IMG/VR virus record: IMGVR_UViG_3300025277_000014
Strand: one strand, 5' to 3'
From: an uncultured virus (IMG/VR IMGVR_UViG_3300025277_000014)
Taxonomy: Duplodnaviria > Heunggongvirae > Uroviricota > Caudoviricetes
Length of the DNA: 64,000 nt
Shown here: in pieces, positions 25,803-35,022 of the stretch
How positions within the stretch are numbered: position 1 is the stretch's first letter
How the letters are laid out: each line of letters begins with the position of its first letter
Program-made: the position numbers and the translations under genes
The notes under the pieces: generated by a model
Database searches by the model: none
The model's input: only the letters and a program-made list of their open reading frames with translations
Told to the model about the DNA's origin: nothing

Positions 25803-26354
25803 TTAGTGAACCCAACTGATAATGGAATGACGATCCCCTTGATAAATGGGAGTGATCGAATGAGGAAAGCAAGGATTACTGGGAAACACTACCGCACTAT
25901 AAGCTAACCTGGAAATAACATGTTCTCCCCCAAAGAAACTAAAGTTTCCTCCCTGATAGTCATCATTAAGAAGGAGTGAACAACTTAGAACTCTAGGCTT
26001 CATGAACTGAGAATGATCAACATGCTCTTTATATTCATGAGATTCCTCTGCCTTGTAGAGAAGATGATCATATCCACTGTCCTCCATTTTTAATCCATCA
26101 AAGAATTTAAGTTCCTGAATGTATGATTTAAAGAGGTCCTTAAAAATGGTAGAAATTTTCTCCTTGAATTTTGGTTCAAGCTCTTTGACGTAACAACGGC
26201 GTGCCTCATTAGTCTTTCCCCCTCCCGCAGTAGCGGGAAAGAATTTTAAATCAGGTTGCGTTATGATCTCGTTAGCGAGCTCAGGGGAAATAATATTACG
26301 ATATTCTTTAACATAGTAGGGTAGCAACAGCTTTAAATGTTTTTCACTAGTCAT
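25803..26354 (-). CDS. 2OG-Fe(II) oxygenase (prolyl-4-hydroxylase-like)
   Basis: HVD...LNDDYQGG...H...R-x-S facial triad; paralog of 55033..55569. Confidence 0.85.
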   Translation of the reverse strand: MTSEKHLKLLLPYYVKEYRNIISPELANEIITQPDLKFFPATAGGGKTNEARRCYVKELEPKFKEKISTIFKDLFKSYIQELKFFDGLKMEDSGYDHLLYKAEESHEYKEHVDHSQFMKPRVLSCSLLLNDDYQGGNFSFFGGEHVISRLAYSAVVFPSNPCFPHSITPIYQGDRHSIISWVH

Positions 26355-26503
26355 TTGTTAATTTTTCCTTCTGGTCCATTTAAAAAATCTATCAGTTCCT
26401 TGCTAGTATATTGACTGTCCTTTTTATTTCTTTTATCCTTTACTATGCGCTTTTGATATTTTGGTGTGCGCAACTCTTTCGCGACGGGGTTTCGTTTTTT
26501 CAT
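26351..26503 (-). CDS. 50-aa basic protein (MKKRNPVAKELRTPKYQKRIVKDK...)
   Basis: ATGA overlaps at both ends, linking polA to the oxygenase. Confidence 0.7.
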   Translation of the reverse strand: MKKRNPVAKELRTPKYQKRIVKDKRNKKDSQYTSKELIDFLNGPEGKINK

Positions 26504-28377
26504 TTTCCAGCATCCCCCCAGCTTTTCCCTATTTCTATGTCAACCCTGCTCGGTACTAATAGTTCAACAGATGTTTCCATGATCTCTTTTATTCTTTCCT
26601 GGTCTTTTTTACTACTGATGGAAAAATCTAGTTCATCGTGGACTTGGATATGCGCCATATAGCCCTCTTTAGAGAGCTCCAGCATAGCTTTTTTTGTTTG
26701 ATCCGCAGCTGATCCTTGAATTAATCTATTGAGAGCCTTATAAGTCCAGGCGCGTTTAATCATATGTTCGCCATATTCGTCTTTCGCTTGTTGTAGCGGA
26801 AGAGCTTTTGAGCCCCATTCATTAGTTGGTTCCCATAAATCAAAACGGCATCGTCTTCCCAGAAGTGTGCGTAAGTATCCTTTTTTTCCAGCCTTATACA
26901 TTGTGTCCTTCATCAATTGCTTAACAAAAGGAACCCTTCCATGATATGTGGCCAGTATTTCTTCAGCGTCTTCTAAATTAAGGCCTAATTGTGACATCAG
27001 TTTTCCTTTTCCCATACCATAAAACAATCCTAAATTAATTGATTTAGCCTGTTTTCGTGGAATGTTAGCAATGTCAGCGACGAGTTGATGAAAATCCGTT
27101 GTGTCATCTTCTTGATAAGCATCCAAGAATTTTGATGCTCCGGAGAATTCTTGCAGGGCTGCATAGTGGACCACGAGCCGTGGTTCCTGTTGCGAGTAGT
27201 CAAATATACCCCACTCACAATCCTGTTCTGGTACAAAAATGGAACGAATTAATGGACCAAGTATGGCATTGCGAGCGGGGATCTGCTGTAAGTTCGGATT
27301 CGAGTAGGAAAACCGTCCAGTGACGGTACCACCCTGATCCGATCTCATTTGGTGTATTTCTGCGTGAATCCGTGCTTGGTGCGAATGATTGGAGATACTT
27401 CCAATGAAGGCTGTTCGCGCCTTGTTGATCTCCCTAGCTTCCACCACCATCTTTGCCAAAGGGCTTTCATGACTTGATAAAAAGTTTTTATCGAACTTTG
27501 GTTTGCCCGTTGGAGTGCTGTCGTAAGGGATACCTTGGGTTTTAAAAGCTTTCGCCACCGATGCTGCTGCCCATATTTCCACACTCTGACCTGTGAGCCT
27601 CTTAATTGAAGCCAGAATCTTATTCTCTTTAGATAATAAATCATTTTTTATCCTTTCCGCTTTGTCAAGATCGACCCGTACTCCTTTTTGTTTCATTTTG
27701 AACAAAACGGGAAAGAGGTCTATCTCGAGTTCAAAAATACTTAATAAGTTCTGTGATATGATTTCTTTTTTAAGGTGATGCCATAGGCGTAGCGTTACAG
27801 CCGCGTCCTGTTCTGCGTACTCGCCTACGTGTGAGGCGGGAAGCTTCCACAACTCCGATTTCGGATTGATGCCCCACATTTTTGCCGCTTCGTAGAGTTG
27901 GGTTTCCGATTTCGATTCCTGTAAATAGTCCTTTCCTAATGAATTTAGATCGAAACGAAACCTGTTCTCATCTACCAATGGTGCGGCAATCAAAGTGTCG
28001 ATTATTTTTCCTCGGATGTCAATACCTAAAGTGGATAACCAGCCTACATCATAAAAAGCATTGTGAAAGACGTAGTTCATGTATTCGTAAGAACATTGTT
28101 TTTTCAACCATTTAGTCACAATTTTTTTATCCATGTTGGGCGGTGTGTCGTGGGCTATGGGAAAATATCCACACCAGCCATCCACCGCAACGGCAATCCC
28201 CACCACTTCTCCGTGTTTGGACACCCATCCTGGACCTAGTGTTTTTAGTCCTGGGTCACGTGTTTCCAAGTCAATAGCTATTTCCGTATACTCAGAGAGA
28301 TCGGGAAAGTGATCGGGCATTACCCACTCGCTGGGCATTACATGAACTTTAGGAAACCAGTTTGGCTGTTCTTTCAT
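26500..28377 (-). CDS. polA: DNA polymerase family A with 3'-5' exonuclease
   Basis: DLET ExoI, HNAFYD, YAEQD; TGRFS..NPNLQQIP, DYSQQEPR (motif A), RKQAKSINLGLFYG (motif B), QVHDE (motif C). Confidence 0.95.
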   Translation of the reverse strand: MKEQPNWFPKVHVMPSEWVMPDHFPDLSEYTEIAIDLETRDPGLKTLGPGWVSKHGEVVGIAVAVDGWCGYFPIAHDTPPNMDKKIVTKWLKKQCSYEYMNYVFHNAFYDVGWLSTLGIDIRGKIIDTLIAAPLVDENRFRFDLNSLGKDYLQESKSETQLYEAAKMWGINPKSELWKLPASHVGEYAEQDAAVTLRLWHHLKKEIISQNLLSIFELEIDLFPVLFKMKQKGVRVDLDKAERIKNDLLSKENKILASIKRLTGQSVEIWAAASVAKAFKTQGIPYDSTPTGKPKFDKNFLSSHESPLAKMVVEAREINKARTAFIGSISNHSHQARIHAEIHQMRSDQGGTVTGRFSYSNPNLQQIPARNAILGPLIRSIFVPEQDCEWGIFDYSQQEPRLVVHYAALQEFSGASKFLDAYQEDDTTDFHQLVADIANIPRKQAKSINLGLFYGMGKGKLMSQLGLNLEDAEEILATYHGRVPFVKQLMKDTMYKAGKKGYLRTLLGRRCRFDLWEPTNEWGSKALPLQQAKDEYGEHMIKRAWTYKALNRLIQGSAADQTKKAMLELSKEGYMAHIQVHDELDFSISSKKDQERIKEIMETSVELLVPSRVDIEIGKSWGDAGK

Positions 28378-29029
28378 TTTTTTCCTTTAATTTAATATAA
28401 TAATCTTTAACGGCTTCAGATCTTTTCCTAATATGTTCTTCTGATTGTTTTCGTCCTTTCCAATAATTTTTATATTTGTCTATAAAAGCTTTGGTTTGAG
28501 GCCTGCCTGCCATTTTTTTCTTAAATTCTGGGGTTCCTCTTTTTGATCGATTTGCTTCTCTCTTTTTGGTTACCTCTCCTGTATAACCACGTAAAAGATT
28601 ATATTCTTTAATGTTTTCTTTAACATAAACTTTATGAAGTGGAAGATTTCTTCTTCCTTTTTTAATATACTTCCGTGCGAACATTCCTTGTTTTCTTCTT
28701 CCTTCAATAGTTGGAGGAATAAGTTCCCCTTTAGCAATTCTTTCTTTTGCATTATCTGAATGTATCTCACGTGTTTCATTGCATATTAATGATTTACCCC
28801 ACAATATACCGTATTTTTTTTTATAATCATTAATACTTGTTTCATGAGATATATTAAGGTGGACACCAAGTGATCTGTAGTGCTTGCCGCATAGAAGACA
28901 GATGATACTGTCTCCAACAAAATATTTCTTGTATTCATCATAATTTTTAAAAACGAAATCTTTTGGATAGCCTGGCATAACTCGTCTTCTAGCTTCTTTA
29001 TTCTTTTGTGATGCAAATGGACTAGGCAT
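28349..29029 (-). CDS. Ros/MucR-like Zn-finger protein with C-terminal NUMOD3-like motif
   Basis: IICLLCGKHYRSLGVHLNISHETSINDYKKKYG; WKGRKQSEEHIRKRSEA; visibly more AT-rich than neighbours. Confidence 0.7.
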   Translation of the reverse strand: MPSPFASQKNKEARRRVMPGYPKDFVFKNYDEYKKYFVGDSIICLLCGKHYRSLGVHLNISHETSINDYKKKYGILWGKSLICNETREIHSDNAKERIAKGELIPPTIEGRRKQGMFARKYIKKGRRNLPLHKVYVKENIKEYNLLRGYTGEVTKKREANRSKRGTPEFKKKMAGRPQTKAFIDKYKNYWKGRKQSEEHIRKRSEAVKDYYIKLKEKNERTAKLVS

Positions 29030-29033
29030 TATT

Positions 29034-29432
29034 TTAATTATGGGGACAAGGTATTGGTTCTAGTTCATCCTGCAGCTCTTCTGAGGGTGTTTTGTTTAAT
29101 GATTTAATGTATTCCTCCGTCTTTCTTCCTCGTCGTTCCCCTTCGGATTCAAAAGATTGATCTTTCGTTTCACTGCGGGCTTCTATTTCCCCGGCAATGG
29201 CGGCGTAGGCAGCCATATCAATGTAGCTGTCTTTTTTATGTTGGTGCATGAGCCGTGCTACTTTTACCAAGGCCATGCACACCGCTACGTTATGCGCCGT
29301 TATTTTTGTTTGGAGGAAGATCGACCACAACGCAGCGATGTTCTTGTGATTGGTTACCTTGTCGCCATAGTCCTTATGACGATCGGTACCAATTAAATTC
29401 TGTGCTTCTTTTAAAATGTCCTTTGATATCAT
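29034..29432 (-). CDS. DUF6378-like protein
   Basis: IGTDRHKDYG...IAALWS...MALVKVAR...DSYIDMAAYAA. Confidence 0.78.
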   Translation of the reverse strand: MISKDILKEAQNLIGTDRHKDYGDKVTNHKNIAALWSIFLQTKITAHNVAVCMALVKVARLMHQHKKDSYIDMAAYAAIAGEIEARSETKDQSFESEGERRGRKTEEYIKSLNKTPSEELQDELEPIPCPHN

Positions 29433-31072
29433 GCTACCTGACTTGCATAGTGAAAGATGGGTTCATATTCATATGTCCCCTCTGTTCGGTGAATAATATA
29501 TAGTTCTTCTTTGGCTCTTGTTGCGCCGACGTAAAAAACTCTTGCTTCATCATCTCTTCCTTGTTGGCTTTCTGTATACGACCTGTAAGGGGCATAGGAT
29601 AAGTCGGTTAATAACATAACTTTTTGTCTTTCACCACCCTTGGATGCGTGAATGGTTGACACTTCAATACGGGGAATAGCGTCAAGCTTGTTGCCAGATC
29701 GCATTACCGCACGTAAATAGGTTTTACGGCGTTGCAATCCCTTGGAATTCAGCATGTCATACCAGGCTATCTCCCTGGTGCTGAGTTCCTTTTCTTTTGA
29801 TAATTTAATTGTTTCCCGCAGGCCATAATCTTTAATAAGATCTTCCAGGCTATATGTTCCTTCGGGTTGTCCCTTGAACACTCCGTAATTTCTCTTGATA
29901 CGCGTACTGTCCATATGATGATAAATGACATCACATACCACTCCTGAGATAGACTTCCCGTTTTGAAGCGTGGTCCACGCTCTGATGGCCTCGATGTACT
30001 TAAAACTGATGGTTGGAAATCCATACCGTTTATAAATCCATCCATATGTTTCCAGTGTCTCACACACCTGCTTTACAACTTCGTGAGTCCTGCATAAAAT
30101 TAACCACTCACCTTCCTTCAATCCTTGATGTAAAGGTCTGATATTTAGGACTTTTCTTATCCCCATTTCATCTCTTGGTTTGTATTGTTTTGGGATGCGT
30201 TGGGATATTGACTGTCCAAGTTTTGTGGCAAGACTGTGAACGCTGATGGGAATGCGATATGACTGAGTAAGGGGAATGATGGTATTCAGATTATTTCTGT
30301 CCGCCATTTTAATGAAATGTTCAATGTCCGCTCCCGCCCATCTGAAGATGGCTTGATCATCATCTCCTGCTATGTAAGTTTCAAGCGCTCCGGATTTCTC
30401 CTGGATCATGTCCACTACATTCCACTGTTGTGCGCTCAGATCTTGCGCTTCATCAATGAATAGATATTTCAAAGGAGGAGGATTTTGTTTCTTGAGAAAG
30501 TTAAAAAAATAATCAACATATTCATACTTGTCTCTGTCTTTTTTAAATTTTCTTAAATCTAAATCCATTTGTTCAATGAGCTTTCTCGCTCCATAGTTAT
30601 TTAAGGTGGTGTCTCTAAAAACTTTATATAAACGATCATTGTCATCAGGATATTTAGCGTATGCTAGATTAATCAGATCTTGGTATTCACTCTTTGCTGA
30701 CGGCATAGCAATATCTACACCATTTCCTTTTTTCATTTTATTGACATATTCGTGGCCCGTGATCCGTGATAACTCCTCATAGTCATAATCGTCCATGATC
30801 TGCGCTTGCTGAAGCTGCAGACGACGATATGCCAGGGAGTGTAACGTGGAGAAATAGGGATACATAATCTTAACTGTTTCCTTCGTGCATTTCTGCTTAG
30901 AGTCCTTGACGATGCGATCACGTATTTCTTCCGCCGCTCTCACGGTGAAACTAAAGTAGCCTATATCCTTTGGGGTGCATATGCCCGCGTTAAGAAGCTC
31001 TTCCACCCTATCTTTTAGATAAGTGGTCTTTCCCGTGCCAGGTGGCCCTATGATAACGTGTCTATGCATCAA
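29429..31072 (-). CDS. Superfamily 1 (UvrD/Rep-like) helicase
   Basis: GPPGTGKT, IDEAQD, GDDDQAIFRW, QSYR, STIHASKGGE, FYVGATRAK. Confidence 0.92.
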   Translation of the reverse strand: MMHRHVIIGPPGTGKTTYLKDRVEELLNAGICTPKDIGYFSFTVRAAEEIRDRIVKDSKQKCTKETVKIMYPYFSTLHSLAYRRLQLQQAQIMDDYDYEELSRITGHEYVNKMKKGNGVDIAMPSAKSEYQDLINLAYAKYPDDNDRLYKVFRDTTLNNYGARKLIEQMDLDLRKFKKDRDKYEYVDYFFNFLKKQNPPPLKYLFIDEAQDLSAQQWNVVDMIQEKSGALETYIAGDDDQAIFRWAGADIEHFIKMADRNNLNTIIPLTQSYRIPISVHSLATKLGQSISQRIPKQYKPRDEMGIRKVLNIRPLHQGLKEGEWLILCRTHEVVKQVCETLETYGWIYKRYGFPTISFKYIEAIRAWTTLQNGKSISGVVCDVIYHHMDSTRIKRNYGVFKGQPEGTYSLEDLIKDYGLRETIKLSKEKELSTREIAWYDMLNSKGLQRRKTYLRAVMRSGNKLDAIPRIEVSTIHASKGGERQKVMLLTDLSYAPYRSYTESQQGRDDEARVFYVGATRAKEELYIIHRTEGTYEYEPIFHYASQVA

Positions 31073-32048
31073 GTGCCTCCAGGATTGAAAGTGCGATACA
31101 ATAGGGAATGTGCGGGACTAAACTATTCCCTAACGCTTTAAGTCTGTCCACCCTTCTGGGTATCCCATGATCCACTCTACCCACGTCGGGTTCAACTGCC
31201 CACCAACTTTCTCCCCAAGGTTGCCTTTGCCCCTGTCCGTCGTGCTGTCCTTGTACATGAACTCTCTGGGTGTCGGCCACATCAAATTGGGATGCTTCAC
31301 CTGGTCGTTGAGTGATATTGGCATTTTCTTTTTCAATTTTAATTTCATTCTTTTCTCTGATGAAGGTCCCCTGTCGCAGTGAGCGTCGGGCGTTCTCCAG
31401 AGATTCCATCTTGGTTTCTGATCCTTGTTGGGTGACAGTCGAATCTGCTCCATCAGGGAACCAGGAGGAACTGTCGTCCTGCCTATTGCCAGTCTCTTTT
31501 TCATTTTTCTTTCCAAGGCTTCCTGACTTCTCTGGTTGATTCCTACTGCCGTTGGCGTTTGCCACAATCCAGACTCTTTCTCTTTTGTGGTTGGCGCCGA
31601 TGCTAGCAGCTGAAATACTAAACGTCCTTGTGGCGTAACCTTCACTCTCCAGGTCCGCGAGCACGGAGTCAAGACCGAGTTTAAGATGTCCACTAACGTT
31701 CTCTCCAATGACGAAAGAAGGCCGACACTCTTTGATAAGCCTAAGATACTCTGGCCAAAGGTGTCGCGGATCTTGCTCACCTTTTTTTCTACCTGCTTGG
31801 GAGAATGGTTGGCAAGGATATCCTCCAGTGATAATGTCGATAGATCCAAGTCCATCTGCTTTGAGTTTGTCATAAGTCAGCTCCTTTATATCTTTATATT
31901 GTTTAACATGTGGCCAATGCTTTTGCAGCACTTGCCTTGGAAATTCTTCAATTTCACAGAATGCCACCGTTTCAAAACCACCCGTGGCCTCGAGCCCCAA
32001 GCTAAAGCCACCAATTCCACTGAATAGATCCAAATGTCTTAGCATCAA
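31062..32048 (-). CDS. DNA cytosine-5 methyltransferase, alpha polypeptide
   Basis: DLFSGIGG (I), GYPCQPFS (IV), ENV (VI), HKRERVWIV (VIII), LGNSLVP (X); motif IX absent from this frame. Confidence 0.92.
   Translation of the reverse strand: MMLRHLDLFSGIGGFSLGLEATGGFETVAFCEIEEFPRQVLQKHWPHVKQYKDIKELTYDKLKADGLGSIDIITGGYPCQPFSQAGRKKGEQDPRHLWPEYLRLIKECRPSFVIGENVSGHLKLGLDSVLADLESEGYATRTFSISAASIGANHKRERVWIVANANGSRNQPEKSGSLGKKNEKETGNRQDDSSSWFPDGADSTVTQQGSETKMESLENARRSLRQGTFIREKNEIKIEKENANITQRPGEASQFDVADTQRVHVQGQHDGQGQRQPWGESWWAVEPDVGRVDHGIPRRVDRLKALGNSLVPHIPYCIALSILEALDA
31130..31873 (-). CDS. Nested alternate-frame C5 methyltransferase beta polypeptide
   Basis: 247-aa ORF wholly inside the MTase gene; AAGGAG RBS 7 nt before ATG; ends with motif-IX-like LNPTWVEWIMGYPEGWT. 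Confidence 0.8.
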   Translation of the reverse strand: MTNSKQMDLDLSTLSLEDILANHSPKQVEKKVSKIRDTFGQSILGLSKSVGLLSSLERTLVDILNSVLTPCSRTWRVKVTPQGRLVFQLLASAPTTKEKESGLWQTPTAVGINQRSQEALERKMKKRLAIGRTTVPPGSLMEQIRLSPNKDQKPRWNLWRTPDAHCDRGPSSEKRMKLKLKKKMPISLNDQVKHPNLMWPTPREFMYKDSTTDRGKGNLGEKVGGQLNPTWVEWIMGYPEGWTDLKR

Positions 32049-33571
32049 TACACCTCATCCGTTTCTTTGAAATCTCTTTCCTTCAGTTCGTATTCAGTCT
32101 CTTGAATATCAATTGGTATTTTCCAACAGTGCGTGGAATGTCCCTCAATCTTGAGCTTGTCTGTTGATCCTTTAAGTTCATTGAATATTTTCATTTGGTG
32201 TGTTTCATTTATTTTGGTAAAGCGTTTGGTTTTTAAGAATTCACGAAAGGACTGAGGCTTAAAATAAAAATATCCTTCGTGCTCATATGTTTGACCCAGA
32301 CGAATTTCATCACGGTCTTTAGCTCCTTTTGTATTGCCAATGAATGTTTGAAGATGGGAAAGGAATTGTCCTTTCACTGTCACTTCTCCTGGAAGGATGA
32401 CATAATCTTTTTTCTCTTTCATTATGGCTAAAAGTTCATCCACTCTTTGCGCCCAAACTAAAGGGCCGACGGGCCGTGGGCTTGTATCCGCTTGTGCAAT
32501 ACAGGCTTTACGGTAAGCGGGATGATCCGCTAGTTGATCCACATTGAGAATAACGACTTGTCCGTTATGAGTCAGTTCATACATAGGATTATCCGATACC
32601 CATTTCTTCAGGCTGGAAATGTCATCCGTTGCCGAGTTTCCAATTCCATACTTGTGCGTCTTGCATTTAATTTTCTCACACACCGCTTTAAAAGTAGGTT
32701 CCTCGCATCGATAAAAATACTTATCGTCCCCGACTTGTTTACAAATAGTCAGAACTTCACGTGAGGGGAGAGGAGGTTTAAAATACTTGGTATTGTACTC
32801 ATCCAATTTTGCTTCCACTTTATCGGGAAATCGTTCCCGCAAATAGATCCCCACTTGAAAGAGGCATTGGTTACGGGATCCTTCGCTGAATCCTTGTTCA
32901 GCCAAAGTTACGATGCACGGAGGAGCGCCTTTGAAATCTTCTTTGGTATCAACTGTTTTAGGAATATCAACATTGCTAACTTGCAATATGACTTTTGTTT
33001 CATAGTATTCTATAAACTTTCTTAACGTATCTAATGCATTACCTTCATCATCGAACGCATATCTTGTTGGATGTTCTTCATGGTTATAGGGTAAGTTTAA
33101 AAAATTACCTGTGGCTTTGGGGTTCAGCTCAATTTGTTTTGGGAATATCTCTGAATCAGCGTAGCCTAACCATGCAGCTATCTCTGTTAATTTTAGTTGC
33201 ATATCTTTGGCAGTTGCTGGTTCGCGTACAAATAAATATATATGTGCGCCACCACTTTTTGATCTACATACAACCAGTGGTAATTTCTTTTCGACAATTT
33301 TTTTAATTAATTTCTTGTGGTCTAGACCATCATAGGAGTCAATATCAATAGCTCCCCAATTACAGGTATTACCTTCCCGAATAGGAATGATCCCTAGGCT
33401 CGGTTCACGACCTTCTAAATGGTCATACCATTTTTCTTTTGTTAATTGTTCTTTTTGAATCCAGGACTTGGCTTCAATTTTGCCAGCCTCATTTTTTGCA
33501 CGACTTTGTGTCTGACCATAGGCTCTTTCCAAGCCACTAAATATTTGTATAAATTTTTCTTTGTCGTCCAT
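32045..33571 (-). CDS. Primase (AEP/PrimPol-like with PriCT-type domain)
   Basis: AIDID, SKSGGAHIY motifs; GSRNQCLF...PPLPSREV. Confidence 0.8.
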   Translation of the reverse strand: MDDKEKFIQIFSGLERAYGQTQSRAKNEAGKIEAKSWIQKEQLTKEKWYDHLEGREPSLGIIPIREGNTCNWGAIDIDSYDGLDHKKLIKKIVEKKLPLVVCRSKSGGAHIYLFVREPATAKDMQLKLTEIAAWLGYADSEIFPKQIELNPKATGNFLNLPYNHEEHPTRYAFDDEGNALDTLRKFIEYYETKVILQVSNVDIPKTVDTKEDFKGAPPCIVTLAEQGFSEGSRNQCLFQVGIYLRERFPDKVEAKLDEYNTKYFKPPLPSREVLTICKQVGDDKYFYRCEEPTFKAVCEKIKCKTHKYGIGNSATDDISSLKKWVSDNPMYELTHNGQVVILNVDQLADHPAYRKACIAQADTSPRPVGPLVWAQRVDELLAIMKEKKDYVILPGEVTVKGQFLSHLQTFIGNTKGAKDRDEIRLGQTYEHEGYFYFKPQSFREFLKTKRFTKINETHQMKIFNELKGSTDKLKIEGHSTHCWKIPIDIQETEYELKERDFKETDEVY

Positions 33572-33591
33572 AAATCTTTCTCATTCATTAA

Positions 33592-33625
33592 AGAAGGGGC
33601 GAGGTTACCACAGATCGCCCCTTCT
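33592..33625. terminator. Hairpin between SSB-like gene and primase
   Basis: AGAAGGGGCGA / TCGCCCCTTCT. Confidence 0.6.
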
Positions 33626-33670
33626 TATTTTCGAAGATTACACATTCTAAAAGAATATATAACTTAAGCT

Positions 33671-34453
33671 TTAGTAAGGAGTTTTTTCCCCAGTGTCAAC
33701 CTCGTCTTCTTCATGCTTAACTTTTATTTCACCTTTGTCCACGCTTTCCGCAAACGCTTTCGCTTGATGATAAATGTTAGCATCTTCAACAGGTCCGACA
33801 CGGGTAATGTCCCAACCAAACCAATTACCTAAATCATTCGACTCCGAAATCGTTTTCAATAGGTAAACATGAGAGTACGACGGAGGAGTGAATAAACCTT
33901 TCGTGCCCTTCATTTTAAGACCCAGCATCAAAGAATTCCATCTCTTTGATTTTTTTCGCTGAGTACTTTTCATAGCAACGAGTACTTGGGAATAAGTACC
34001 ATCATTGCTAAGAATCAAGCAAAAGTGATTAGCGGTATCTTCAATGTAGTTACCGTTACCCAATCGATCTTTTTTTTGATCATCGCGAGTGGTTTGCGAA
34101 AGAATATTACTTTCGGCTGGATAAATATTTACAGGAGCTCCTGTGCCTTTTCCTCTATCCATCCACTCAATATATTGACGCTGATAAGCGCACGGAATAA
34201 CTTTTACTCCTGCCTCACCATCGTATATTTCTTTTGTAAGCGTGTTGTAGACCATTCCACTTTCCGCTCCCTCTATGTAAAGAGGATCCCTTTTCTTTAT
34301 CTGTGGTGACGTGTCACTCAGAATACGAAGAAAAGGAATAGCTAAATCGTCCATCCCGAGATTATTCAATCCTGCATTTGCATCTTTTTCAAAGATGGTA
34401 GGATCGAACTCTATGATGTTCGTTTTTTCTTTTTTCTTTATTGCGTTTGCCAT
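33671..34453 (-). CDS. Putative ssDNA-binding protein
   Basis: Replication-module position; acidic C-terminal tail ending in PY. Confidence 0.55.
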   Translation of the reverse strand: MANAIKKKEKTNIIEFDPTIFEKDANAGLNNLGMDDLAIPFLRILSDTSPQIKKRDPLYIEGAESGMVYNTLTKEIYDGEAGVKVIPCAYQRQYIEWMDRGKGTGAPVNIYPAESNILSQTTRDDQKKDRLGNGNYIEDTANHFCLILSNDGTYSQVLVAMKSTQRKKSKRWNSLMLGLKMKGTKGLFTPPSYSHVYLLKTISESNDLGNWFGWDITRVGPVEDANIYHQAKAFAESVDKGEIKVKHEEDEVDTGEKTPY

Positions 34454-34461
34454 ATTTTCTC

Positions 34462-35022
34462 CTAGCTTTTTCGCGTTATTTTTGTCTTCTGCCCGATAAA
34501 CAAATTAAACATATTGTCTGGGACAGATCTTCCTTCCTCATGCCACTTTCTAAAGGTGGCTTTCAGTGTTGAAGGATGCACTGAAACTTTTACTTCGGGA
34601 ATATACCCGAGTGTATCTTTAATATAATCTTGTAATTTTATCGCTTGTTTTCTTTCCCCCATTCCAAAGGCAATCCCTACTTGGTTCTTTATGATGTCAC
34701 CAAGTCCGTTGTCCGTGAGCCATTGATAGCAGTCCGATGATTTTTTAGCGTCTTTGGGAATAGAGACATAAATATCTTCAACCACTTGTACTTTTGAACC
34801 GTCTAACATTTCAGTAGCCGTTAAGCCGAGTTCCGCCATTTTAGTGGGAATAGTCTCTCCTGATAATTTACGTAAATTTTCTTTTTGTATTTTTACAGTT
34901 TCTTCTAGGGACTCTATTAATTCTTCTAGTTTTAATTGCTCTTGTAATAAGTTTGCAACAGATTGCAAACTTTCCTGTTTTATATTGGTAACAGCGTCAC
35001 CTTCAAAGTTTATCTTGCTCAT
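34462..35022 (-). CDS. Conserved replication-module protein
   Basis: WL..NGLGDIIKN and VHPSTLKA motifs; start revised to MSKINF. Confidence 0.7.
   Translation of the reverse strand: MSKINFEGDAVTNIKQESLQSVANLLQEQLKLEELIESLEETVKIQKENLRKLSGETIPTKMAELGLTATEMLDGSKVQVVEDIYVSIPKDAKKSSDCYQWLTDNGLGDIIKNQVGIAFGMGERKQAIKLQDYIKDTLGYIPEVKVSVHPSTLKATFRKWHEEGRSVPDNMFNLFIGQKTKITRKS

Noticed and set aside
25803..32048. TET/JBP plus methyltransferase DNA hypermodification cassette
   Set aside because: The oxygenase is P4H-like and nearly 5 kb from the MTase; no TET/JBP features recognised.
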